From assembly GCA_016783965.1 (NCBI GenBank), contig JADHVO010000011.1, positions 4,229 through 68,228 on the forward strand: DNA of 64,000 nt, in the 5' to 3' direction. Positions 36,124 through 44,507 of the stretch are shown piece by piece; the first letter of the stretch is position 1; each line of letters begins with the position of its first letter. The position numbers and the translations under genes are program-made. The notes below the pieces were generated by a model. That model was not told the DNA's origin, searched no databases, and saw nothing but the letters and a program-made list of their open reading frames with translations. The DNA is from Alphaproteobacteria bacterium (GTDB lineage: Bacteria; Pseudomonadota; Alphaproteobacteria; Micropepsales; Micropepsaceae).

Positions 36124-37758
36124 TTGGGGGTTGGGATGGCTGTCACCAAGCGGCGTGCGAGCGCGCTCGCCTTGTCAGCGCTGGCGCTGTTGGCGGGATG
36201 CACTGCCGATTTGAAAGTTAGGAAGATCTCGGAAGACGAATTCAGTGTCCCGGGCAGCACAACCCCCAGTCATACGTATGGACCTATTTCAGGCGCCTTC
36301 ACTTACTTCCTCCCGCAGACCTCCATCAATGTCGCTGTTGCCGTATCACTGATGCAATGTGACGGGCGTAGTGCAGCTCCGCCAACCAACAAGCATCTCG
36401 ATCCGTTTGACATAAAAGTAAAAGTAGTCGCGACGCCCGTGCCGGTCAGCGAGCCGGACCCTAAACATGAATATGCGATCGACTACGAGAAGGCCCGCAC
36501 TTGGCTGAAGGAAACAAACTTTACCGTCAACACGGCGCCAAACCGTACCTTTCAGGGTTTCAACGGATCGATCAACGATCAAAGCGGTCCCATTGCAGTC
36601 GCAGCTCTACAAGCGACAGTGCAAATAGTCGGGGCGGCGCTGCTACCTGGTGTCCCGCGGGTGGGTCTACGACCACAAGCCCTGGTCGCCGATAACTCAC
36701 CGGAGCATTGCAACGGCGACGCGCAAAAGGCCTTGGAGGCTGTCCAGAAAAGCCAAGAAACCTTGGCTGCCCTGCGGCAAAAGCTTGCCGACTATCGCGC
36801 TAACACGCTTACCGGCGACTACACGCCGGGCAAAGATGACCCAACCGCTGTTTGGGCCAATGCGATCGCCGCGGTTCAAAGCGACATCGCCGATACAATT
36901 GCAAAGAAGCTAACTCGGACAACGGTCATCAAGTGGACGCCTGAGCCCGACCAACTAAAACTCCAGGATGATTTTTACGTTGTTTGGAAGCAGTTTCCCA
37001 TTAGTAGCCTCGTTCAGAAATTCCTGTCAGATGCGGGGCGCACTTGGTACGGGAAACCTAACGACCCAACCTGTGACAAAGACTGCCAAAGCGTCTGGCG
37101 AGCAGTGCACATGCCCGCGGCGCTGCTCATTGCTGTCGATCCGCGGACGTTTTTCGACAGCACTCAATACAACCAGCGCAATCCAGATTCGTTAACTCCC
37201 GATCCCATGGGCCACACCGTGGAAGAGGGCTTGGTCTTGCGCGACCCAGCAACCGGCTTTGTGCAGGTATGCACGGTTGACTCGGCAATCGAACCAGTTC
37301 GAGGTCCCAATGACTGGACAGTTCCAGAGGACAAGGTGCCTTGCCCAATCCCGAACGCGAACGCGGCCGACACATCGCCGAACAGTGACGACAGTTCGAG
37401 GATGGCCCTTAATCTGCCGCAGCTGGGCAGACCGCGCATCTACACGGCGCATAGCGGCGTTTTTGAAAATAATACCCTAGGCATTACTCTCGCGGCCGAC
37501 GGCACTCTACAAACGGCGTCGACGAGAGATCAGAGCACCGCGGCAGCCGGGCTTGCGGGCCTAACATCTGCCGCGTCCGCGGCGGCAAGCGCCGAAACCG
37601 CGCGCAATACGGCAGCCAGTGCGGCAAATACTGGCGTGATCAATCAGATCCAGTTCCCAGCGACCGTCAACAAAGCGCTTGCCGATTGTCACACCCAAGC
37701 GGTCTCTGCGATCGCCGGAGGGCTGACGCCGCTGCCCTGCATCAGCCCGCAGCTTTAG
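36124..37758 (+). CDS. large hypothetical lipoprotein
   Basis: Signal plus lipobox ALALLAGC. 544 aa with no recognisable domains. Lower GC by eye. Confidence 0.6.
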   Translation: MGVGMAVTKRRASALALSALALLAGCTADLKVRKISEDEFSVPGSTTPSHTYGPISGAFTYFLPQTSINVAVAVSLMQCDGRSAAPPTNKHLDPFDIKVKVVATPVPVSEPDPKHEYAIDYEKARTWLKETNFTVNTAPNRTFQGFNGSINDQSGPIAVAALQATVQIVGAALLPGVPRVGLRPQALVADNSPEHCNGDAQKALEAVQKSQETLAALRQKLADYRANTLTGDYTPGKDDPTAVWANAIAAVQSDIADTIAKKLTRTTVIKWTPEPDQLKLQDDFYVVWKQFPISSLVQKFLSDAGRTWYGKPNDPTCDKDCQSVWRAVHMPAALLIAVDPRTFFDSTQYNQRNPDSLTPDPMGHTVEEGLVLRDPATGFVQVCTVDSAIEPVRGPNDWTVPEDKVPCPIPNANAADTSPNSDDSSRMALNLPQLGRPRIYTAHSGVFENNTLGITLAADGTLQTASTRDQSTAAAGLAGLTSAASAAASAETARNTAASAANTGVINQIQFPATVNKALADCHTQAVSAIAGGLTPLPCISPQL

Positions 37759-37766
37759 CATCGTCG

Positions 37767-39086
37767 TCACGCGCTTCCCTCGACCGAGTGATCCGTCTTT
37801 GTGCGCGGGCGTCCTGCCGTCCGCAATCCCCAGATCGTGCGGTCGAGATTAAGCTGGCCCTTCTTCGCGCGCTGGACCATACCGTGGAAGTAATGGCCCG
37901 CTGTTCGCGTGAAGTGAGCCGGATCCTTGGTCGAGACGATCGCGACCGCGATCGCCGCCAACTCGCGGCCCATGGCGACGCAGGCCTCAGCCCAGAGCGG
38001 CTTCGAGATGTCGAGCTCGTGGCGCATCGCGTAAGCGGCATCGACGATATCGGACCAGCGCGGCTCAAAGGTCCGCAGGTAATGCTGGAGCCGCGGCGCC
38101 AGCAGCACGAGCTCGTCCGGTCGGATGTTGCCTACCCTGCCCCTTTCTTCTTTCTCCGTTGGACTCTGAGGTCCGGCCGTGGGCACAGGAGGAGCAGAAA
38201 TCTCGCTACTACTTCCTTCGGAAGCAATTACCGTATCTGATTCAGATTTTAAGGGTGGTTTGTAGGTATATATGTGAGGACCGCTATCGGACCCCTCGCG
38301 GTCTTTTTCTTGTTCCTTCTTCTTGATGTTGAGTTGCTCTTCGAGGCGCTGGCGCGCTTCCGCGTGGCGTCGCTCGAGGCTTTGAACGCCGATTTCCATC
38401 TCCTCGATCCGCGTCACACGGCGAAGGGCTGAGCTCAGTACGCCTGCTTCATCGAAGAGCTGACGCCAGGCAGTATCCGAAAGCTTCGCCTCCTGGGCAG
38501 CCTCCTCGATCTGAGCGAGGCCCTTCCGCGCGATCGTCGCCCGCCGGCGCAGCATGCCCATTCGAGCGCGGATCGCCCTGCCCTCTTCCGCGACACGCGT
38601 GAACTCGTCGAGGCGCTGGGCGAGTGGTGAGAGATCGAAGCCGTAGGCTTCGACGATCTTCCCGTGGGTGTCGCGGCGGCCGTAACGCTTGCCGTTGGGG
38701 CTGTCCTTTGCCGTGATGAGCCCAAGCTCGATCAGCATCCGGTTGAGCGCCTTGGTGCGCGTCGGCGAGAGGCCGAGATCTTCCTGCTGCATGCGCGCGG
38801 ATGGCCATACGATCGGCCGTGAGCCATAGAGCCAGTCCTGGGGCGATGAGAATCGAAACAGCCAGTCGATCGCATGCACGACCTTGCTGCCGTAGCCAAG
38901 AAACGGCGCCGCAGCCTTGAAGGCGGACAGGATCGCGCCCTTCGTCGGCGCGTTTTCGCCAAAGCCATTGAAGTCGGCCGCCAGATCTTCGCTCTCAAGT
39001 AAGGCTGTGCTGAGCCGCCTAAAGCCGGTGGGGCGGCCGGCGCGATGCCCCTCATGCATGGCAGAGCCATGGGTCTCCGTCGTCAT
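37767..39086 (-). CDS. repC: replication initiator RepC
   Basis: 439 aa with typical RepC N-terminal and central motifs (WPSARMQQEDLGLSPTRTKALNRMLIELGLI). AAGGAGGG Shine-Dalgarno. Last gene of repABC. Confidence 0.95.
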   Translation of the reverse strand: MTTETHGSAMHEGHRAGRPTGFRRLSTALLESEDLAADFNGFGENAPTKGAILSAFKAAAPFLGYGSKVVHAIDWLFRFSSPQDWLYGSRPIVWPSARMQQEDLGLSPTRTKALNRMLIELGLITAKDSPNGKRYGRRDTHGKIVEAYGFDLSPLAQRLDEFTRVAEEGRAIRARMGMLRRRATIARKGLAQIEEAAQEAKLSDTAWRQLFDEAGVLSSALRRVTRIEEMEIGVQSLERRHAEARQRLEEQLNIKKKEQEKDREGSDSGPHIYTYKPPLKSESDTVIASEGSSSEISAPPVPTAGPQSPTEKEERGRVGNIRPDELVLLAPRLQHYLRTFEPRWSDIVDAAYAMRHELDISKPLWAEACVAMGRELAAIAVAIVSTKDPAHFTRTAGHYFHGMVQRAKKGQLNLDRTIWGLRTAGRPRTKTDHSVEGSA

Positions 39087-39191
39087 AGGACCCTCCTTCG
39101 GGTTGGTTGGGTCGCGACGGGCAAAGCAAGAGCGTGAGCGGAATCAGGGATTTCGCTTGCGCCTTGAGTCTTGAGCGGCTAGATTCGGGTT

Positions 39192-39266
39192 GTCTGATTA
39201 CCGAACCGGGCCGCCAAGCCCATCACGAGATTTCGCAAAGCCACCGCGCCAACGGTGGCTTTTGCA
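39192..39266 (+). ncRNA. ctRNA-like antisense RNA, module A (proximal to repC)
   Basis: Promoter TTGCGC(39157)-17 nt-TAGATT(39180). Two hairpins, both with a CGCCAA loop. Terminal stem GCCACCG/CGGTGGC followed by TTTT (39240-39263). Antisense to repABC mRNA. Transcript ends are approximate. Confidence 0.6.
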
Positions 39267-39545
39267 TTTCAGGCACGTTTCTTCGTCTCGAACCTCATCA
39301 TCACGGGTTGGTCTTCTGGGCGGCCGTGAGGCCACACAAAGCCAGGCGAGCAGGACCGCTCGCCGGCATGGGGACGCGCCGTCTCAAGCGCCGTGGGCGC
39401 GAGAAGGCCGCAGAAACTCATTTTGATCGTCAAACAATACACGGCACGCCTCACTCCAATGAGCCGTGCGACAGGCAATGAATCACCGTTGCGAAAACTT
39501 GCGTTTTCGCTTGCGGGACTTTGGCTTGCGCCCTAATTTCGGAGG

Positions 39546-39622
39546 TGCTGATTCGCCGAAGACGGACGCCAACCCGTCGCAGGTAACTTGCTCCAGCCCG
39601 CTCGCCAAAGCGGGCTTTTGCA
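39546..39622 (+). ncRNA. second ctRNA-like module B (proximal to repB)
   Basis: Promoter TTGCGG(39511)-17 nt-TAATTT(39534). Hairpins GACGG..CCGTC and GCCCGCT/AGCGGGC, both with CGCCAA-containing loops, followed by TTTT (39596-39619). Collinear with module A. Confidence 0.5.
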
Positions 39623-39871
39623 TTTCAAGAACTCAACTCGATCGCCGCATTCCCTCCTCCGGCCGCATTGCGACCAGGTCTCGGCGCGTCGCGCGAAGAC
39701 TTCTGGTCGTTACGGTACGATTGAATGACCTAGCGACGATTCTCCGATTCTGTCGAGAAGATCCCGACAGCGTTCGCTGTTCTGTATACGGGGCGATGTA
39801 CGACGGACTGCGCGCGCCGGAATCGCGAGTGCAGCGCGACATTTGGGAGCGGGCGTGGTGCGCCGGTGATC

Positions 39872-40930
39872 TCATCCGGTGCCCCCCTGCTCTGCTTTCA
39901 GCTTTTCGTATTCGGCGTAGAGGTCTTTGAGTTTGGTCATCACGAACTCGGCAAAGCCCGGCGCCTGCCTACGATCAATCGCGACCGAAACGCGCTCTGA
40001 GCTACTGACAACGCGTGCAAGTGGTTTGCCTGCGTGGGACCAAGTCTCCGTCTTCGCCTTGGGCGGCGCGCGTCTTACGGCGGCCAGCACGGCCTTGAAG
40101 CGCTCGTCAGTGTCCACGGTGGCCATCTCGGCGGTCTTCAAGGCTGTCTTCGCAACCTCAAGGAGACGAGGGCTCTTGAGAAGTTCGGCGAGCTCGATCC
40201 AGCCACGCCTGCCGACCTTCGGTGCGGGGCCGATTGCGTCTGAGACCTCGTCGGGAATGCGCCGCGCGACGGTCAGCATGTTGGAGAGATCGGATTTATA
40301 GACCGACATCGCCTCCATGATCGTCTCACGCGAAAAGCGATCATCGAGGCGCTGCGCGAAGCGCGCTTTCTCGATGTAGGTCAGATCCTTGCGGGCATGG
40401 TTTTCCTGGCCCTGCGCGATCACCATTTCCTCGTCCGAAAGATTGCGGACGATCGCGCGGACTGGGATGCCGAGCGCCTTCGTCGCCAGAATGCGGCGAT
40501 GGCCGAAGGCTGTCTGGTAACGCCCAACTTTCTCAGGATGGGGCCGCACCATCACAGGGCTGAGCTGCGTATTGGTGCGGATAGCGTCGATTAGATCATC
40601 AAGCGCGTCCCCTGTGAGCGGCATGCGATCGGTGACGAAAGATGGATCGATGAGAGCAGTGTCGAGTTCGACAACTGTCGTGCCGGCAGCGAGCTTTTTT
40701 TCAATGTCTACCGCGTTTTTATTGCGCTCGCTAAGCTCGCTGAGGCTCGAGCTTATGGCCCCGACTGGCGCCGCTTTCGGCGCGCCCGGCAAGGTTTCAA
40801 GCCCCATCAAAGGCCGTATGCGCAAGGGGTCAGTGCGCGGTGCAGGAGCGGCAGTGGCCGCGGCGGTATCCGTCCCCTGCCCGGCTGACTTGGCCTCCGG
40901 CGTGATCGGTCCGAAAATCTTCCGGCTCAT
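39872..40930 (-). CDS. repB: partition protein RepB (ParB family)
   Basis: ParB-box region MVRPHPEKVGRYQTAFGHRRILA. ATGA-type overlap with repA. Confidence 0.9.
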   Translation of the reverse strand: MSRKIFGPITPEAKSAGQGTDTAAATAAPAPRTDPLRIRPLMGLETLPGAPKAAPVGAISSSLSELSERNKNAVDIEKKLAAGTTVVELDTALIDPSFVTDRMPLTGDALDDLIDAIRTNTQLSPVMVRPHPEKVGRYQTAFGHRRILATKALGIPVRAIVRNLSDEEMVIAQGQENHARKDLTYIEKARFAQRLDDRFSRETIMEAMSVYKSDLSNMLTVARRIPDEVSDAIGPAPKVGRRGWIELAELLKSPRLLEVAKTALKTAEMATVDTDERFKAVLAAVRRAPPKAKTETWSHAGKPLARVVSSSERVSVAIDRRQAPGFAEFVMTKLKDLYAEYEKLKAEQGGTG

Positions 40931-42132
40931 GACGCCCTGCCCCAGGCGCCCTTCATGAGCGTCTCGATCTCGGCGCTAACGTTGTTGACCGACTCGAGCG
41001 CCCGGTCATAGGTCGATTTCGTAAACTGACGCCGGTCAACCTCGAAGATCGTCTGATTGGTAAGCCCCGCATCTGAGATTGCTGTGCTTTTGAGCATCGG
41101 ATGAACGAGTACGCTTTCGCCCAAGATTGAGCGCAGGAATGCGACCATCTGATTCTGCGGGCCGTCACCTGGCTCGAAACGAGTGATGAGATATTTCATC
41201 CAGTCGTAATTCGTTTGCGCGCCAGCTTTGGCCACTGTGGCGAGGAGATCGCCTGTCATCTGTAGAAACTGGCTCATCGACATCACATCCAGCTTTTGCG
41301 GATGGATCGTGATGAGAACGGCCGTTGCGGCCGTCAGCGCCGAAAGCGTGAGATAGCCGAGCTGCGGCGGACAATCGATGATGACGACGTCATAGTGGCC
41401 CTGCGCTTCCGAAAGTGCCTCGCCGATGCGGGCGAAGAACATTGTCTCGCCTGGCGCCTTGTTGATGAGCGCGCGCGGTGTGTCGAATTCAAATTCCTGC
41501 AGCTCGATATTGCCTGGGACGATGTGAAGTCCCGGCATGTAAGTCTCGCGCACGACTTGCGTTATTGAACGGCGCTGATCGTCATACCTGATCGCACCAT
41601 AAAGCGTTTCGTTGGCGCCGACGTCGAGTTCGGGCTGGAGACCGAAAAGCGTAGAAAGCGAAGCTTGCGGGTCGAGGTCGATCACGAGGGTTCGGTATCC
41701 ATGGAGAGCGAGCCACTGCGCGAGGTGCGCAGACGTTGTCGTCTTGGCGCTACCGCCCTTGAAATTCATAACGGAGATGACTTGGAGCTTTTCCTGCTCG
41801 CGGCGATGCGGGAGATAGCGTCGCGCGCCGCGCGCCCCCTGCTCCAGCACTTTGCGCAGCTCCGCAATGTCCTCGACCGAGTAAGATCGCCGGCCACCTT
41901 TTGTTGGAGCGGGCTGTTCCCTCTCGCTGACGATCTGCCTGAGATACCCTTCAGCGATTCCGAGCAGTTGCGCTGCTTCCGCAGGAGCAAAGTTGCGAAT
42001 CGTCTTCTGCGCATCTGGTGGGAACATGGACATGTGATGCGCCTGCAATTCAGAGCGAAGGCGGGTGCCTTGCCTCTGAATCAGCGTCATCAGTTCTTCC
42101 TGCTGCGCTGGTATGGGCTGTTTCTGCGCCAT
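40927..42132 (-). CDS. repA: partition ATPase RepA (ParA family)
   Basis: Deviant Walker A MNFKGGSAKTTTSAHLA and DLDPQASLS. 401 aa. Confidence 0.95.
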   Translation of the reverse strand: MAQKQPIPAQQEELMTLIQRQGTRLRSELQAHHMSMFPPDAQKTIRNFAPAEAAQLLGIAEGYLRQIVSEREQPAPTKGGRRSYSVEDIAELRKVLEQGARGARRYLPHRREQEKLQVISVMNFKGGSAKTTTSAHLAQWLALHGYRTLVIDLDPQASLSTLFGLQPELDVGANETLYGAIRYDDQRRSITQVVRETYMPGLHIVPGNIELQEFEFDTPRALINKAPGETMFFARIGEALSEAQGHYDVVIIDCPPQLGYLTLSALTAATAVLITIHPQKLDVMSMSQFLQMTGDLLATVAKAGAQTNYDWMKYLITRFEPGDGPQNQMVAFLRSILGESVLVHPMLKSTAISDAGLTNQTIFEVDRRQFTKSTYDRALESVNNVSAEIETLMKGAWGRAS

Positions 42133-42303
42133 TGGAATTATCCACTATCAGTCTAATCTGCGGAGATTTTCGCATTCTGCGCGAATTTTCGCAGGAAACC
42201 TCTGCGCCGATTCCACCAGCTTGGCAAGGTTTTTTTGGTTAACGAAACGTTAACATGGCAGGGAATCTGTAATAGATACTGAGACTTATAGCGACCGTTC
42301 CCA

Positions 42304-42319
42304 GTTAGCCATGGCTAAC
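42304..42319. other. parS-like 16-bp perfect palindrome
   Basis: GTTAGCCATGGCTAAC fits the outer positions of the repABC parS pattern GTTnnCnnnnGnnAAC. It extends to the 18-bp palindrome AGTTAGCCATGGCTAACT. Confidence 0.6.
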
Positions 42320-42386
42320 TGCACCTCCAAATAGACGTCCGCTTGAGTGGCGATCGATCGCGAGCCTCCCACTGCTAGACGCGAGA

Positions 42387-42402
42387 GTTAGCCAAGGCTA
42401 AC
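42387..42402. other. second parS-like palindrome (imperfect at the central pair)
   Basis: GTTAGCCAAGGCTAAC lies 83 bp from the first copy. Confidence 0.55.
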
Positions 42403-43232
42403 CGCCATTCAATGTTGGATCTGGTAGGCGAATCCGTGGACGGGTAGCGATTGCTCGGCAGGTTCCACACGACTCGAGAGGTTTCGGGATGATCCAAGTC
42501 CATTTGGAGAGTAGGGACCTCGACAAGCATGTGGGTCGTCGGGTGCGCGCCTCGAGCGCTGGACGCTGGTGCGGTATCAAAGCGCTAACGGTGGCGGAAG
42601 GCGTTCGCCTCGGCTAACAACCAAGCCGAAGGGGACGGTGGGAGGGCGGCCCGCAATGTCTAAGCGTGGGCCCCCATGTGGCCAAGCGTAACTGTTCTTT
42701 ATTTGTTCTTTGCTGCGCTGCACCATAGGCGTGGCGGCCATGCGACGCAGAGGGTTGGAACCGTCAGATATCCGCCCCAATTCCTGGGAACACTCGCACG
42801 CTCGGAGGGCGGAAAGGTTGGCTTCTTGTGGGTTTAGGCGCGAAACTTTGTCGGAGGGCGGAACGGCGCCGGCGCCCCGCCGTTGCCGACACGGCTGAGG
42901 CGGCCCGGAGGAAGGACCGCTCTCGAATGACGCCTATCTCGGCCTCCGTAGACCAGAGCGGGTATTGCCCAAACATCACACGCGCTCGGAATCTTAGGCA
43001 CCTGCGACCTTTTGCCCGAAATATTCAGGTTTCTTTTGCCGATTTGTGGCAATTTCCGGGCAAATCAACGTCGGAACTCAGCGCGTTCCTGACTGGCCCT
43101 GTGCGGAGCTCGCGTGAAAGCCACCAGACTGACTTGCGCCCATCGGCCGCCCCGCGCGCCGATCCCAGCTCGCTTGACGCCTGCGGTCGCGCGGTCGCGA
43201 CGCGCGCGGCTAGCTGAGCGGAGGGCCTGATC

Positions 43233-44351
43233 GTGGTCTACCCGCTCACCGTCAACCGGCTTATGGGCCTTTGCGCATTTGAATCGACGGGGCGGAAGAG
43301 GGCGGGCACCACAGCACCAGATCCCCAAGTGGTCGCCGACAGATTCTTCGAACAGATGGAGCTCATCTCGAGGGAAGACCTTGGTCCTATTTATTGCAAA
43401 GTGCACGACAAGGCAAAGGCACTTGGAATTGCGTTCGACGACGCAACGGACTTCGACGACCTCCCAGTTTCTATCGTCCAGAAGCCCGAAATGTTCGACG
43501 ATGAGGACCAGACGCGCCTGTTCCCTGCGAGCGCATATTCCGCCGATCTCTCCAAACAACCTCGCAATGAGCCGACAGTGGGCTTGTTCGGCTCAAAACG
43601 AGTACGCGCGAAGATCGGCGACGCGCATTGGGATATCCGCATCCGCCCATCGGTAACGGCTTGCGTTCTCGAGGGCCAAAACCGTCGCTCGAAAATCTGG
43701 TGGACCATTGAAGGCGTGCCTGTCGACAAGCAGAACTCGCCGACAGCGGCAGACTCCGTGACCTTCATCAAGAAGACCACAAAAGTCGCAGAATTGGCTC
43801 TCCAAGAGTTGCGGGCGGCCTATATCAAGGCGCTAAAGCAGGTTGATGAAAAAGAACGAGGACCCGAACGGTTCGGAGACGCTCAGCTTCGTGTCAGCTT
43901 TGCTGACAATACCGATTCGGACTTTTTGCACCTGGTTGACGCAATGACGCTAACGCGTCTTACCTTTAACGACGCGCTTACAGGGTCAGCCGCAAAAGCG
44001 GTCCGTGCCGGCGCGGGAGAGGTCGAGCGATTTATTCGCAAAACCGCAGCCATGCCGGACCCGCTTAACGTCAAGCTGAAAGTCGGCAATGGCGGGACGG
44101 CAGCCGTATTCTCTGAGGCAATGCTTGATGTTTCGGCGCCCCCCAACATCAATCGCTGGGTGATTTCCGGTCTGGCGAGTTCGATCGGAATGGTCTCAAG
44201 CAATCTTCCAACAGATCCGCGATGGATGCGTTTCGCCGCTATGCCGGACCTTGCGCGCTCGGTCTCGGCTGCACGGCCGCTCAGTGCACGTATCGCCGAC
44301 AATGGCGCCCGGCAGCTTGAAATCGTCCGAGCGCCGCAGCCCGCGGCCTAG
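43233..44351 (+). CDS. hypothetical protein, no recognisable domain
   Basis: 372-aa ORF with a GTG start. The true start could be Met at 43263 or 43356. Lower GC than the flanks by eye. Same strand as the next gene. Confidence 0.5.
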   Translation: MVYPLTVNRLMGLCAFESTGRKRAGTTAPDPQVVADRFFEQMELISREDLGPIYCKVHDKAKALGIAFDDATDFDDLPVSIVQKPEMFDDEDQTRLFPASAYSADLSKQPRNEPTVGLFGSKRVRAKIGDAHWDIRIRPSVTACVLEGQNRRSKIWWTIEGVPVDKQNSPTAADSVTFIKKTTKVAELALQELRAAYIKALKQVDEKERGPERFGDAQLRVSFADNTDSDFLHLVDAMTLTRLTFNDALTGSAAKAVRAGAGEVERFIRKTAAMPDPLNVKLKVGNGGTAAVFSEAMLDVSAPPNINRWVISGLASSIGMVSSNLPTDPRWMRFAAMPDLARSVSAARPLSARIADNGARQLEIVRAPQPAA

Positions 44352-44507
44352 GTCCTGGACGGGAAGTCTATTGTCAGCGCTCGGAACCTGACGTTACACT
44401 TTTGTGTCTCGCAACCATAAATAACCGGTGCGAGCGCGTACGCGTAACTCGGCGGGGCAAAAGCACCAAGACACAGGGCAGGGACCGCATCGAGCGGGCG
44501 AGGAATC

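Noticed and set aside
39269-39478. 69-aa minus-strand ORF between the two ctRNA modules as a possible extra rep gene
   Set aside because: No Shine-Dalgarno, odd composition and no resemblance to RepC/RepB N-termini. More likely non-coding spacer or a remnant.
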